Shown here piece after piece: positions 38,062-48,497 of a DNA stretch of 64,000 bases. The position numbers and the translations under genes are program-made. Numbering within the stretch: the first letter of the stretch is position 1; each line of letters opens with the position of its first letter. The stretch comes from Candidatus Hydrogenedens sp. (GTDB lineage: Bacteria; Hydrogenedentota; Hydrogenedentia; Hydrogenedentales; Hydrogenedentaceae), in contig DAOSUS010000004.1 of NCBI GenBank assembly GCA_035378955.1, positions 20,158-84,157 on the forward strand, in the 5' to 3' direction. The notes below the pieces were generated by a model, which saw only the letters and a list, made by a program, of their open reading frames with translations, was not told the origin of the DNA and made no database searches.

Positions 38062-40101
38062 ATGGCACAATTTGACCCGAGAAAAGTTCGTAATGTTGGT
38101 TTTGCAGGACATGGTGGTGTTGGGAAAACAATGTTAATTGAACGAATATTGTATTCCGCAGGACTAACCAGTCGTTTAGGAAGTATTGAAGATGGAAACA
38201 CTGTTTGTGATTATCTGGAAGATGAAAAAGACCGCAAGTGTTCCATCGCTATGAAATTAGTTCATTTAGATTGGAAGGGTACACGGATACATATTGTTGA
38301 CCATCCGGGTTATACAGACTTCATCGGAGAATTATGCGCATCCTCTGCCGTGCTTGATGCGTTAGTTATTCTGGTGGACGCAACTACTGGTGTTCAGGTA
38401 GGAACGGATATAGCATGGAAATATGCGGAAAAGAGACAAATTCCCCGTGCTATTTTTGTTAATAAATTAGACCGCGAACATACTAACTTCAACGAAGTAG
38501 TTGAAAAAATTCAGAATGCCTATGGCAAACACTGTGTCCCAATAGTAATGCCCATAGGTCAATCCGCAAATTTGAAAGGTGTTGTTAATATTGTCACGGG
38601 AGATGCCTCTGTTTTAGGTGCAGAAGCAGAAAAGGCAAAGGAAGCCATCGTAGAGGTAGTCGCAGAAACAGATGAAGCACTTATGGAAAAATATCTGGAA
38701 ACATTTGAACTATCTCAGGAAGAATTTGATAAAGGGCTCCAGAAAGGAATTAGCACAGGGAAAATTATACCTATTATCGCAGGTAGTGTTACCCAAGGAA
38801 TTGGTCATGAAGAATTGCTTGACATTATAGCCAATTCATTCCCCAACCCGTTAGAACGGACTGTTGTGGCAAAGAATTCTGCGGGCGAAGATGTCGTTAT
38901 AACACCTGACCCTGATGGTCCCTTTGTGGCTCAGGTATTCCGTTCTATGGTTGACCCATTTGTAGGACATCTTACTTATTTCCGTGTGTTTTCCGGCACT
39001 TTACGGTCGGATTCTGATTTTTACAATAGTTCCACACAAACCAAAGAGCGTTCTGGTAAAATTGTAATGCTGATAGGAAAGGAACAAAAACAGGTAGCGG
39101 AAGTAGGTCCTGGCGATATTGCAGCAATGACAAAGTTAAAGAATACCCATTTTGGAGATACTTTGACTGTCCTGGGAAATGAGATTAAGCTTCCTACAAT
39201 TGAATTACCACGCTCTATGGTTAAATTAGCCATTTCTCCAAAATCAAGAAACGATGAAGACCGTATCGGTGAAGCTCTAAATCGCATGGCAGAAGAAGAC
39301 CCTACTTTCAGCCATTACAGAGATAATGAAACAGGAGAACATGTTATACGCGGGATGGGTGATTTACAGATTGAAATTCTGTTAAATCGAATGAAAAGGA
39401 AATATAATGTAGAAGCAGAAACCCGTCTTCCCAAAGTCGCCTACAAGGAAACCATTCGTGGTAAAGCAGAAGTTCAGGGGAAATATAAGAAACAGACCGG
39501 AGGTCATGGTCAATACGGTGATGTGCACCTTCGACTTTCTCCCAATGAACGCGGAGGAGGATATAAATTTGTAGATAGTATTGTAGGCGGTGTTGTCCCC
39601 AAACAATACATTCCTGCTGTTGATAAAGGAGCACAGGAAGCACTGGCAAAAGGTGTTATTTCAGGACACCCTGTTGTTGACATCGTTGTTGATTTATTCT
39701 TTGGTTCCTATCACACAGTGGACTCATCCGAACTCGCTTTCAAAATTGCCGCTTCGCTTGCTATACAAAAGGGCGTTCGTGAAGCAAATCCATGTATTTT
39801 AGAACCCATTATGGAAATTACAGTAACCGTCCCGGAAGATTTCATGGGTGATATTACTGGGGATTTAAATAGTCGCCGCGGAAGAATCTTAGGGATGGAA
39901 CCTGTCGGTGGTGGTTTACAACAAATACGGGCATTGGTTCCTGAATCAGAAATCCTCCGATATGCAACTGATTTAAGAAGTATGACAGGTGGTAGAGGAA
40001 CCTTCGATTTGAAATTTAGCCATTATGACGAAGTGCCCGAATTTATTGCAAAAGACATTATTGCTGCTTATGAAAAATCCCGTGAAGCAGGAAATGAATA
40101 A
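38062..40101 (+). CDS. Elongation factor G-like protein (EF-G2 type)
   Basis: GHGGVGKT, DHPGY, NKLD, YKKQTGGHGQYG, VDSSELAFK, LEPIM..DLNSRRG. Confidence 0.92.
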   Translation: MAQFDPRKVRNVGFAGHGGVGKTMLIERILYSAGLTSRLGSIEDGNTVCDYLEDEKDRKCSIAMKLVHLDWKGTRIHIVDHPGYTDFIGELCASSAVLDALVILVDATTGVQVGTDIAWKYAEKRQIPRAIFVNKLDREHTNFNEVVEKIQNAYGKHCVPIVMPIGQSANLKGVVNIVTGDASVLGAEAEKAKEAIVEVVAETDEALMEKYLETFELSQEEFDKGLQKGISTGKIIPIIAGSVTQGIGHEELLDIIANSFPNPLERTVVAKNSAGEDVVITPDPDGPFVAQVFRSMVDPFVGHLTYFRVFSGTLRSDSDFYNSSTQTKERSGKIVMLIGKEQKQVAEVGPGDIAAMTKLKNTHFGDTLTVLGNEIKLPTIELPRSMVKLAISPKSRNDEDRIGEALNRMAEEDPTFSHYRDNETGEHVIRGMGDLQIEILLNRMKRKYNVEAETRLPKVAYKETIRGKAEVQGKYKKQTGGHGQYGDVHLRLSPNERGGGYKFVDSIVGGVVPKQYIPAVDKGAQEALAKGVISGHPVVDIVVDLFFGSYHTVDSSELAFKIAASLAIQKGVREANPCILEPIMEITVTVPEDFMGDITGDLNSRRGRILGMEPVGGGLQQIRALVPESEILRYATDLRSMTGGRGTFDLKFSHYDEVPEFIAKDIIAAYEKSREAGNE

Positions 40102-40127
40102 TTTAAGATTGCTTTTCGGATAAAATT

Positions 40128-40577
40128 TTACAGATTTGTAAAAATTTTGACTATATGCTCTAAAACTGATTTGTCTTCTCCTTGTGCAACTAAAAGGAAC
40201 ATCTTTCGGCGTGCTACGCGCTCTGGCTTATTTTTTGAAGGAGCCGCACCTAATGATTGAGCAAGTCCCCATGCTTCAACAATTGCTGTGCCCGGGTCTT
40301 TTTTATACATCTCCGCATATCTTGCAATAGTTCCTTCATTATCATACTGATATATATTTACTAACGCATCCCCCACTTTAAAACTTATTTGAGCGATAGA
40401 TTCATTCGTTGGAGGATTGACTACTTGTATTTCAACTACTCCTAAATCCGATTTTTTAAATCCTTCTACAATTCTTTCCATATTCAGAGGAGCAGGAAGA
40501 AACTGCATTAAAATGGGGACACCGATGATAAGAATCCCTAATCCTATAAATATCTTGATTATTTTTGCCAAATCCAT
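40128..40577 (-). CDS. Hypothetical membrane-anchored protein at the end of the mot/fli operon
   Basis: 149 aa with one N-terminal TM segment, 12 nt after the fliP stop. Confidence 0.7.
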   Translation of the reverse strand: MDLAKIIKIFIGLGILIIGVPILMQFLPAPLNMERIVEGFKKSDLGVVEIQVVNPPTNESIAQISFKVGDALVNIYQYDNEGTIARYAEMYKKDPGTAIVEAWGLAQSLGAAPSKNKPERVARRKMFLLVAQGEDKSVLEHIVKIFTNL

Positions 40578-40589
40578 AAAAGAGCCCTC

Positions 40590-41387
40590 TTATTGAAAAC
40601 TTCTTACTAAATTACCTACAACTAATGTCCATCCATCTACAAGAACGAAAAGAATTATCTTAAAAGGTAACGATACGAAAATAGGGGGTAGCATCATCAT
40701 ACCCATTGACATTAATGTGCTTGCCACTACCATATCAATAATTAAAAAAGGGATATATAACAGAAAACCTATCATGAATGCAGTCTTAAGTTCACTCAAT
40801 ACAAAAGCAGGGATAAGCACATGTGTAGGGACATCATCCGGGGTATTGGGTCTACCTCTTCCCGAAATCTGCAACATGGTTTTTAGTTCCTGTGGTTTTG
40901 TTTGTTTGAACATAAATTCCCGAATAGGAATTAAAGCACGGTTAAATGCTTCCGACTGACTAATTTGCTGTTGAATATATGGTTGTATGGATTCACGATT
41001 AACCCGTTCATAGGTAGGCATCATAATAAACATTGTCAAGAACAAAGATAATCCAATTAAGACTTGATTGGGTGGAGTTTGTTGTGTCGCTAATGCCTGT
41101 CGAAGGAAAGCAAGGACTACAATAATCCTTGTAAAAGATGTAGTTAAAACAAGAATTGCCGGCGCTAATGTAAGTGCGGTAATAAGTATTACTAATGTTA
41201 ATGTGGTAGAAAGATTCTCAGGGGCAATTGCTTGTTGAGCGGTTCCAACAATATTAATCCCTGTAGGATTTGTTACTGAAGTACGGGAAGGTTGAGCCAA
41301 AGAACTGGATACCCAAATAATAAAAAAGAAAAACAAAAACAGTCCGAATTTTTTACTTTTCAAAAGGGTGTTTTTTTTTATCCTCAT
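40590..41387 (-). CDS. fliP: Flagellar export protein FliP
   Basis: LTTSFTRIIVVL..QQTPPNQVLIGLSLFLT, AFVLSELKTAF, MGMMMLPP..LPFK..DGW. Confidence 0.97.
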   Translation of the reverse strand: MRIKKNTLLKSKKFGLFLFFFFIIWVSSSLAQPSRTSVTNPTGINIVGTAQQAIAPENLSTTLTLVILITALTLAPAILVLTTSFTRIIVVLAFLRQALATQQTPPNQVLIGLSLFLTMFIMMPTYERVNRESIQPYIQQQISQSEAFNRALIPIREFMFKQTKPQELKTMLQISGRGRPNTPDDVPTHVLIPAFVLSELKTAFMIGFLLYIPFLIIDMVVASTLMSMGMMMLPPIFVSLPFKIILFVLVDGWTLVVGNLVRSFQ

Positions 41388-41397
41388 ACTAATAATT

Positions 41398-42210
41398 CTA
41401 CTGGTCTGAAGCATTATTTGTTTCTTCTCGTATTGCTTGCTGCAGTCTTTGTATGTTTGCTTTCAAGGAAGCCAATTCATCGTCAATCGTTTCTGATACT
41501 TCGGGCATTTTTGAAGAACTCTGGGATTGAATTCTCGTTTCTACATCATCTAAAACCTTACTAAATGTCTTTTTTGTATAAGCGGAGTCGGTAATATCTT
41601 CATTTGCAATAGAAACAAAAAATTCGTCCTCCGGAAAAACAAATAACAAACTCATACGGTCTCCAGAAATACCTAAAACAAAAACTTTTCCTGCACTTTG
41701 GACATAATAAATCTTTATGCGTGGAGATAAATAAAGAACACCTACAATTTTTCCAATAGATTTTACCCCTCGATATGTTTTGTTTGAAAAATAGCGAAGT
41801 CCTCCTAATAATACCAGTATCAATCCAACGACAAAGATAAGGGCAACAATCGTTCTAAAGAAATAATATATCCATGAATTTCCCGTTGTAGATGTATTAG
41901 AGCTACCTGTAGGGAGACTTTCTCCTTCTGTGTTTCCTGTATTTGTGGGTTCCGAACCCCAAACTGCCTGATGTTGTGAAAACCATGTGTTTGTTTTAGA
42001 GGATGCATTTTCCTTCTCAAGGGGTGTTTCTACATTTTTTACGGGTTTAGCCCCTTCACTATTTTTTTCTATATATTGTTCAGGATTTTTTAATTTATCC
42101 AGAACATTTTCTTTTTCAGTGGGAGCTGTATTTTCAGCAAAAATATATAAGCCAGAAAAAAATAGAAACAGAAATGCAATAATCCAAAAAACATTTTTTT
42201 TATTCTTCAT
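41398..42210 (-). CDS. fliO: FliO/FliZ family protein with a periplasmic N-terminal extension
   Basis: TM segment then LYLSPRIKIYYVQSAGKVFVLGISG; position between fliN and fliP. Confidence 0.75.
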   Translation of the reverse strand: MKNKKNVFWIIAFLFLFFSGLYIFAENTAPTEKENVLDKLKNPEQYIEKNSEGAKPVKNVETPLEKENASSKTNTWFSQHQAVWGSEPTNTGNTEGESLPTGSSNTSTTGNSWIYYFFRTIVALIFVVGLILVLLGGLRYFSNKTYRGVKSIGKIVGVLYLSPRIKIYYVQSAGKVFVLGISGDRMSLLFVFPEDEFFVSIANEDITDSAYTKKTFSKVLDDVETRIQSQSSSKMPEVSETIDDELASLKANIQRLQQAIREETNNASDQ

Positions 42211-42535
42211 CTCTTTTATATCCTTCAATCTCCACTATGCGAATATGTAAGATATCGGCTAAGACTATCATCTCTCCCCTGCCTATAAGAACATTGTTAA
42301 AAAATATGTCTGCCAATTCACCTGCTTGTTTACTTAATGTAACGATAGAGCCTTTGTCCAATTTCAAAATATCCCTTATTTTTATAGAACATCTTCCTAA
42401 TTCCGCATCCACATGAATAGGAATCATGGCTAAATCATTTAAAGTAAGATGAACCGTGGAAGGGGAAGATTCTTTTTCTAAGTTTTCCTCAGGAACAAAA
42501 TCGGAAATATTTTCAGAATTTTGTATAGCCATCAT
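42200..42535 (-). CDS. fliN: FliN-like (SpoA domain) motor switch protein
   Basis: IPIHVDAELGRCSIKIRDILKLDKGSIVTL..GELADI..GRGEMIV. Confidence 0.85.
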   Translation of the reverse strand: MMAIQNSENISDFVPEENLEKESSPSTVHLTLNDLAMIPIHVDAELGRCSIKIRDILKLDKGSIVTLSKQAGELADIFFNNVLIGRGEMIVLADILHIRIVEIEGYKRDEE

Positions 42536-43080
42536 TATAAATCCACAATGGTATATTTAAGATACATTACTTCAAGGATAGAGCCTTTAACTCCAGGAGA
42601 TAACTTATTTAATAATTGATTTGCTTCATTTTTTGTTTGTCTTAATAGTGCTTCCTGGACGCCGGGGTCATTAAGTTCGGTTCGTGTGCGATTTCGATGT
42701 ATTTTGTTTATCAATGCAGTAAAATACTCCTTTTTCCCTTCAATTACAGCAGATACCTCAGGTCCAGAGCAGGACATGGCCACCTGATAAATCAGCAAGG
42801 GTGCTGGAGCATCGGATTTTTGTGTAATTACTGTTGCTTGCGTTTCATCAAACTTTACGATTACTGCTGTTGCTGGTATTATATCTGTCGTATCGGTATT
42901 TACAGAAGAACTCTTTTCCTCTGTATTATCGGTTAATAGCATAGGTCGTAAAACAAATATGAACACAACAATTGCACTAATCGATGGAATTAGCACACTT
43001 GCTCCTCCTATTAGGAGCAATTTCACAAGGCTTGATGATTTTTTTTGTCCCTGTTGTTCTGGTGCTTTTTCATCCGCCAT
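42535..43080 (-). CDS. fliL: Flagellar basal body-associated protein FliL
   Basis: N-terminal TM anchor, typical length, position after motB. Confidence 0.75.
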   Translation of the reverse strand: MADEKAPEQQGQKKSSSLVKLLLIGGASVLIPSISAIVVFIFVLRPMLLTDNTEEKSSSVNTDTTDIIPATAVIVKFDETQATVITQKSDAPAPLLIYQVAMSCSGPEVSAVIEGKKEYFTALINKIHRNRTRTELNDPGVQEALLRQTKNEANQLLNKLSPGVKGSILEVMYLKYTIVDL

Positions 43081-43158
43081 AAGAATTATTCCTTCTATCT
43101 TTATATCTTCATTATATATTCATTGTAATAATAGAAAAATACATTTTAAAAAATAAAA

Positions 43159-43896
43159 TCAAGGCATCCCCTTTTGTATCATTTCCATTTTTTCCTCACT
43201 TATAAAACCTCGCACAAAAATTTCAACTCGTCGGTTTTCTTTTCTTCCTTCTTCTGTTAAATTCGTTGAAATAGGCTGACTTGAACCACAAGCCGTTATT
43301 TCAAACATTTCAGGAGTAAGAGAACTAACAGCAAGCATTTTCCGCATAACCTGGTCTGAGCGATAATAACTTAAATCATAATTATCTCTGTATTTGGGAT
43401 TATTCACTATAGGTGTATTATCTGTATGTCCCTTTATTTCTATAAAAACATCCGTAAGTTCTCCCAATATTTTTGATATAGATTCAATGATAGGAAACGA
43501 TTCGGGTTTCAGGTCTGCACTTCCTTTATCGAATAAAATAGAGTCGGGAAAGGTTATTTTTATCCCTCCTTTTGCATCGTATTCAACTTTAACCTGTTTT
43601 TCCTGTCCCATTACTTGTAACTCTTCGGCTATTTTTTGGGCTGCCTGTTGCATTTTCCTTTCTTGTTCTCTTCGATTCATCATTTGCATATCCAAAACAC
43701 CTGGATTTTTAGGTAGAACACTGAAAGCTCCCTCAAGAGAACCCATCGCTTTTTTAAAGTCTTTTTCACTTATGGTAGAGAAAGAAACTAAAAGAATAAA
43801 AAAGGTCAGGAGCAAACTCATCATATCCCCATAAGTGACCACCCATCCAGGGGCACCTCCTTCTCCTTCAGGCTGTTTTTTTCTTTCTTTTCCCAT
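43159..43896 (-). CDS. motB: Flagellar motor stator protein MotB
   Basis: WVVTYGDMMSLLLTFF with the conserved Asp; OmpA-like GHTD..LS..R..ENRRVEI. Confidence 0.95.
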   Translation of the reverse strand: MGKERKKQPEGEGGAPGWVVTYGDMMSLLLTFFILLVSFSTISEKDFKKAMGSLEGAFSVLPKNPGVLDMQMMNRREQERKMQQAAQKIAEELQVMGQEKQVKVEYDAKGGIKITFPDSILFDKGSADLKPESFPIIESISKILGELTDVFIEIKGHTDNTPIVNNPKYRDNYDLSYYRSDQVMRKMLAVSSLTPEMFEITACGSSQPISTNLTEEGRKENRRVEIFVRGFISEEKMEMIQKGMP

Positions 43897-43902
43897 AATC
43901 TT

Positions 43903-44676
43903 CTACTTCTTCCCTGTGATTATCTTTTTTCGCAATTCCGGTGCTATAAATGCTTTCAATTTTTGTTCCACAACGCGTGGGTTATCTCCAGATTGAATGG
44001 ATAAGATTCCTTCTATAATAACTTCTCTTAAAAGCAATTCCTCTGCGGTTCTCACTTTTAGTTTCCCGGCAAGAGGTAACATAATTAAATTAGAAATTAA
44101 TGCCCCATATAATGTTGTTAAAATAGCAACAGCCATACCAATACCAATTTGAGATGGGTCTTCCATTGTAGCAAGCATTTGCACCAAACCAATTAATGTT
44201 CCTATCATTCCAAAAGCAGGAGCGTATGCAGCCATTGCAGTTAGAACGGATTGTCCTAATGCGTGTCGGTCTTCCATAAAAGCCAATTCTGTTGTAAGGA
44301 TATCTTTGAGCAATTCGGGGGCTGTTCCATCAATTGCCAGTTGTATGCCCCGTTGCAAAAATTCATCATCTAATTCTGCTGCAGGTCCTTCGAGAGCAAG
44401 AATACCCTCCCTTCTTGCAATGGTTGCAAATTCAATAATCTTTTCGATTAAAGTTTCTACAGGTGTAAGTTTCTGAATAAATGAATTTTTTACAGTATTA
44501 AACACCTTTAAAACATCACTCAATGGATAATTGATTAGCGTAGATGCGATGGTCCCTCCTACTACAAGGATAACAGAAGGTATATTAATAAAGATTACAA
44601 TTGACCCCCCCATTAAGATTGAAATGAGTGTTAAAGATATTCCAGCAATCAGCCCTATTACAGTTGCTAAATCCAT
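43903..44676 (-). CDS. motA: Flagellar motor stator protein MotA/PomA
   Basis: ARREGILALE, APAFGMIGTLIGLV, ALLTT-like AILTTLYG, EGILSIQSGDNP. Confidence 0.95.
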   Translation of the reverse strand: MDLATVIGLIAGISLTLISILMGGSIVIFINIPSVILVVGGTIASTLINYPLSDVLKVFNTVKNSFIQKLTPVETLIEKIIEFATIARREGILALEGPAAELDDEFLQRGIQLAIDGTAPELLKDILTTELAFMEDRHALGQSVLTAMAAYAPAFGMIGTLIGLVQMLATMEDPSQIGIGMAVAILTTLYGALISNLIMLPLAGKLKVRTAEELLLREVIIEGILSIQSGDNPRVVEQKLKAFIAPELRKKIITGKK

Positions 44677-44796
44677 AGAACTCCTTTTTCTATGACGTTA
44701 TACATGTATATTTCTGATAACTTGTATTAGTATAACACACCTCTTCGTATTTGATTTTAACATGATTGAATCATTTTTTGCTATTACAATTCTACT

Positions 44797-44830
44797 AAAA
44801 AAAAATAGGCTGAGGTTTAAAACCTCAGCC
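44797..44830 (-). terminator. Rho-independent terminator after flgE
   Basis: Hairpin GGCTGAGGTT-TAA-AACCTCAGCC followed on the minus strand by a T9 run. Confidence 0.85.
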
Positions 44831-44877
44831 CAATGGAAAATCAGTTAGATTGGTTGCTAATAAAATCATGTATTAGA

Positions 44878-46137
44878 TTATCTTCCTAAATTGACGGTTT
44901 CCTGTAGAAGTGTATCTGCTGCGGTTATGGTTCGGGCATTCGCCTGAAATCCGCGTTGAGTTACAATTAATGAGCTAAATTCTGTACCTAAGTCAACATT
45001 GGAACTTTCTAAAACGCCACCAGAGACAGTGCCCCTGCTCCCTGAACGTGGAGGACCCACTTGAGCGACACCAGAAGCCGGAGTTTCAAGGAACATATTA
45101 TTTCCATCGCGAACCAATCCACCTACATTGGAAAATGTTGCTAAGGCTACCTGAGCAAAAACGCGGGTAAGTCCATTGCTAAAAACACCCACAATTTCTC
45201 CATTGGACCCTATATTAAAACTTTCAAGGACACCTCTTGGAAAACCATCCTGCGAACGAACTGTAACATCACTACCCGTAGTGCTATCTGTAGCCAATTG
45301 AGTAATCTCCGTAAAATCTAAATTAAATGTCAAATCATTAGGTTGTGAACCTGTGGTATTCATTAATGCTGCGGGAATGGTCACTGTTCCTGTTGTTCCT
45401 GATGGTAATGTGCCGGAAGTGCTGAATGTTAGTGTTCCAGTACCCACGCTATTCCCATCGTATAAGGCTTCCCATGTCCACTGATTCGCAGGGGTTGCCT
45501 GTTTTGTAAATGTTAAAGTAACTTCGCGAGCCGTACCTAAAGAATCATACACTTCTACTGTTCTCGTTACTGTTGTCGGGGTAGGAGATGTAGGAGCATT
45601 GGCATTCAAATTTCCAATTAAGTATACATTAGTAGTAGAACGAACAATCCCTGCACTTCCAATGGGTATAGAAATATCCTGCGGTGGCTGGTTCGTATTC
45701 ACGACTCCTGTATCGTCAGCAATATAGCCTTGCACACGCATACCGGTAGCGGGGTCAATAAGCAATCCGTTTGAGTTTAAATCAAAAGAGCCATCGCGCG
45801 TAAATGCTGTTTTCTGTCCATCGCTCAATACAAAGAATCCATTTCCCTGTATTGCCAAATCCGAAGAAACACCTGTAGACAAAAGGGAACCCTGCTGATG
45901 ATTGACATCAATACTTGCAATACGTACACCTAACCCTACTTGTTGAGGGTTAGAACCTCCGAAATTGCCTACCGGGGCAGAACCTCCCCTTAACAATTGA
46001 GAAAATAAATCCTGAAAAAGGACACGAGAAGAACGGTATCCAACCGTGTTTACATTTGCAATATTGTTTGCAATTACATCCAACCTGCGTTGATGTGATT
46101 GTAAACCTGTCACTGCTGTTAACATTGCCATACCCAT
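44878..46137 (-). CDS. flgE: Flagellar hook protein FlgE
   Basis: AVTGLQ..LDVIANNIANVNTVGY, DLAIQGNGFF, LESSNVDL..QRGFQANAR. Confidence 0.96.
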   Translation of the reverse strand: MGMAMLTAVTGLQSHQRRLDVIANNIANVNTVGYRSSRVLFQDLFSQLLRGGSAPVGNFGGSNPQQVGLGVRIASIDVNHQQGSLLSTGVSSDLAIQGNGFFVLSDGQKTAFTRDGSFDLNSNGLLIDPATGMRVQGYIADDTGVVNTNQPPQDISIPIGSAGIVRSTTNVYLIGNLNANAPTSPTPTTVTRTVEVYDSLGTAREVTLTFTKQATPANQWTWEALYDGNSVGTGTLTFSTSGTLPSGTTGTVTIPAALMNTTGSQPNDLTFNLDFTEITQLATDSTTGSDVTVRSQDGFPRGVLESFNIGSNGEIVGVFSNGLTRVFAQVALATFSNVGGLVRDGNNMFLETPASGVAQVGPPRSGSRGTVSGGVLESSNVDLGTEFSSLIVTQRGFQANARTITAADTLLQETVNLGR

Positions 46138-46206
46138 AGTTATATCTCCTTATGGTTTATTTTTTTATATTAATAACTATTCTTTTCATTTCAAATGAAT
46201 ATCCTT

Positions 46207-46833
46207 TTACTTTGTATTAGTTGGTTCTATGCGGACGCTTTGAACCTGGTTAATAGGAACTTTATTTGAACCTACATTGAAAAGGACAACTCCATTCTCA
46301 ATAGATACTCCATCCACTTTTCCTTTAATAGAGGTGCCCTCTGTTGAAGAACCTTCGATATATCTACCAATCATTTGTTGACTGGCACTCATAGACATTA
46401 ATTGCACATTTTGAGATAAAGTCTGAATTTCTTGTTGCAATGACGCAATATTTGTATTTGTCTTGACAGATTGTTCCAATGCCGAAAATTGAGCCAACTG
46501 GGCAAGCATTTCTGTATTCTGAACCGGTTCTAAGGGGTCTTGATATTGCATTTGCATAACCAGTAATTTTAGAAATGTATCGGAACTTATCTCTCTTGAT
46601 GGTGTCCGGGTTGTTCCTGTGTTATTACTGGTAGATTGTGCTTCGGCAGATTTCGCAATAGATAAACTCTTCGCACCCGTAGACTCCATAACTTTCTTTA
46701 AGTAATCTTGAAGGAGTCCTTTTCTTCTCGCCTGATACAAGGACTGCATTTCCTTTAAAACCTCTGTTCTTTGAGTAGGTGTCGGGGCATTTAATCCCGA
46801 AATATTTGATTTAAATTGAACCATTGCATTCAT
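46207..46833 (-). CDS. flgD: Hook capping protein FlgD
   Basis: FLKLLVMQMQYQDPLEP..LAQLAQFSALEQ. Confidence 0.93.
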   Translation of the reverse strand: MNAMVQFKSNISGLNAPTPTQRTEVLKEMQSLYQARRKGLLQDYLKKVMESTGAKSLSIAKSAEAQSTSNNTGTTRTPSREISSDTFLKLLVMQMQYQDPLEPVQNTEMLAQLAQFSALEQSVKTNTNIASLQQEIQTLSQNVQLMSMSASQQMIGRYIEGSSTEGTSIKGKVDGVSIENGVVLFNVGSNKVPINQVQSVRIEPTNTK

Positions 46834-46845
46834 ATTGTTTCTCCT

Positions 46846-48408
46846 TTATACCCATAAACTTAATGTACCATTATGGTAATCTGAAATGGGTTTTGTTTCT
46901 TCTACTGTTTGTTGTGAATCTCTATTTATGTGATATGAGGTAGGTTCTATTTGAACCTCCCTCGAAAAAGAATGTGAATTAAAATCCTGATTTAACATAA
47001 GGCTTGCTGTCCCTGTTGAAATCACCTGCACATCCTTAACAAAGATACCTTCTTGTTTCAGAACTTCTCTTAATTGAGGTAATCCTTGTGTTAATATTTT
47101 ATGAACATCATTGTTAGAAGTAGTCAGTTGAATCCCGATCTTTCCTGAATTTTCCTGAACCTTAACCTCCATTAATCCTAATGATTCGGGTTCCAATCTT
47201 ATTGTAATTGTCTTTGTTTCTGAGCGAACCGCAAACTTTATCTGTTCTGCCAGAACGGACCTCAGTGAAGATAGGTTAGCAACAACTTCTTTAGGTTCTG
47301 TCGTGATAACAGATAATGTTTTGTCTTGAACTCCTTCATTTCCTATCTTCATGGATTTTTCTGAGAGAATTCCTATTTGAGGGTTCGTATTCGGCAAATC
47401 AGATTTATGTTGTGAACTTGAATTGCTTTGTTCACCTGAATCGGAAATTAACCTTGTTTCTAATACTTTGGAAAGGAGATTGTCTTGATGATTCCCATTT
47501 GCATTATCCGATAAATAGCGCTTTATATATGCCAATATATCCATATATTTCTGTTGTGTGTTTATTTGTGTTTCTACTGCACCACTTTGGATATTTTTAT
47601 CGTTGGATATTTGTCCCAATTTTAACAGCCCCAGTTTTTGCTGTTCTTCAGGATTTACAAGGGTAGATATTTCCATGTTCTTGATGTGTAGTTTATCCTG
47701 AATTTGAGATAAACTCGCTGTCATTACTTCACTTATTTGAGCCAAATCTGCAGGAATAATTATTTTTTGACTATCAGCGGATAGATTTTCTTTTTGCGAA
47801 GAATTTAATTGAGCCGAATTTTTTATTATCACATCTGTCGGCTCTATTGAAGTTAGTTCCAATGGCACTTCTGTAATTTTCTGTCCTAAATCTGTCCCTA
47901 TTTGCAATAATAAATTTTCTTGTATCTCAGGTTTTGAGTAAACATCTAATTTTGCTTCCTTCCCTATTTGCAATAACAAATCATCTTGTGTTTCGGGGGT
48001 GGCAGTAATATCTTGTTTTACCTCTGGCTTTACAAGGGTTAAATCTTTTACTTGCTCATTCTTTTGTTCAACAGTAGAATTGCATTCAATATCTGAAGCA
48101 GGTAATTGTATTATTTCTTCTGCAATACCACCCGTTACATTAGAGGGTAACTCTGTATCAATCGGATTTGCCATAATAGGAGAAATATTTTCTGGCTGTG
48201 CCTCTGAATGGACTTCGGCTTCCATTACAGAATTATTGCTATCCTGCTGAAAAGGTATTGCTGTTAAACCCATTTGTGCCATTAACAAACTCAAAACCTG
48301 TCCAAAATCACTCCCATTAGAGTTTGGATTTTCCCGAGTAGATGTTTCCGTTATCGAGGTTTCCCCGGACACAACAGGGAAAAGGGTATTCATTACACTA
48401 TCAATCAT
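46846..48408 (-). CDS. fliK: Hook-length control protein FliK
   Basis: Long low-complexity N-terminus and C-terminal IRLEPESLG..V.V..L..GLPQLREVL. Confidence 0.88.
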   Translation of the reverse strand: MIDSVMNTLFPVVSGETSITETSTRENPNSNGSDFGQVLSLLMAQMGLTAIPFQQDSNNSVMEAEVHSEAQPENISPIMANPIDTELPSNVTGGIAEEIIQLPASDIECNSTVEQKNEQVKDLTLVKPEVKQDITATPETQDDLLLQIGKEAKLDVYSKPEIQENLLLQIGTDLGQKITEVPLELTSIEPTDVIIKNSAQLNSSQKENLSADSQKIIIPADLAQISEVMTASLSQIQDKLHIKNMEISTLVNPEEQQKLGLLKLGQISNDKNIQSGAVETQINTQQKYMDILAYIKRYLSDNANGNHQDNLLSKVLETRLISDSGEQSNSSSQHKSDLPNTNPQIGILSEKSMKIGNEGVQDKTLSVITTEPKEVVANLSSLRSVLAEQIKFAVRSETKTITIRLEPESLGLMEVKVQENSGKIGIQLTTSNNDVHKILTQGLPQLREVLKQEGIFVKDVQVISTGTASLMLNQDFNSHSFSREVQIEPTSYHINRDSQQTVEETKPISDYHNGTLSLWV

Positions 48409-48497
48409 AAGTTCTCTCCTATAAAAAAAGAAGTTAATATTTCAATAGAAATCAGGAATAGGTTTTGAAATAGATTGTTTTTATTGAGGGATAATTT

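Noticed and set aside
38062-40101. Non-canonical DHPGY switch II motif in the EF-G-like protein
   Set aside because: Replacement of the catalytic His by Tyr and a relaxed G3 motif are known features of EF-G2-type paralogues.
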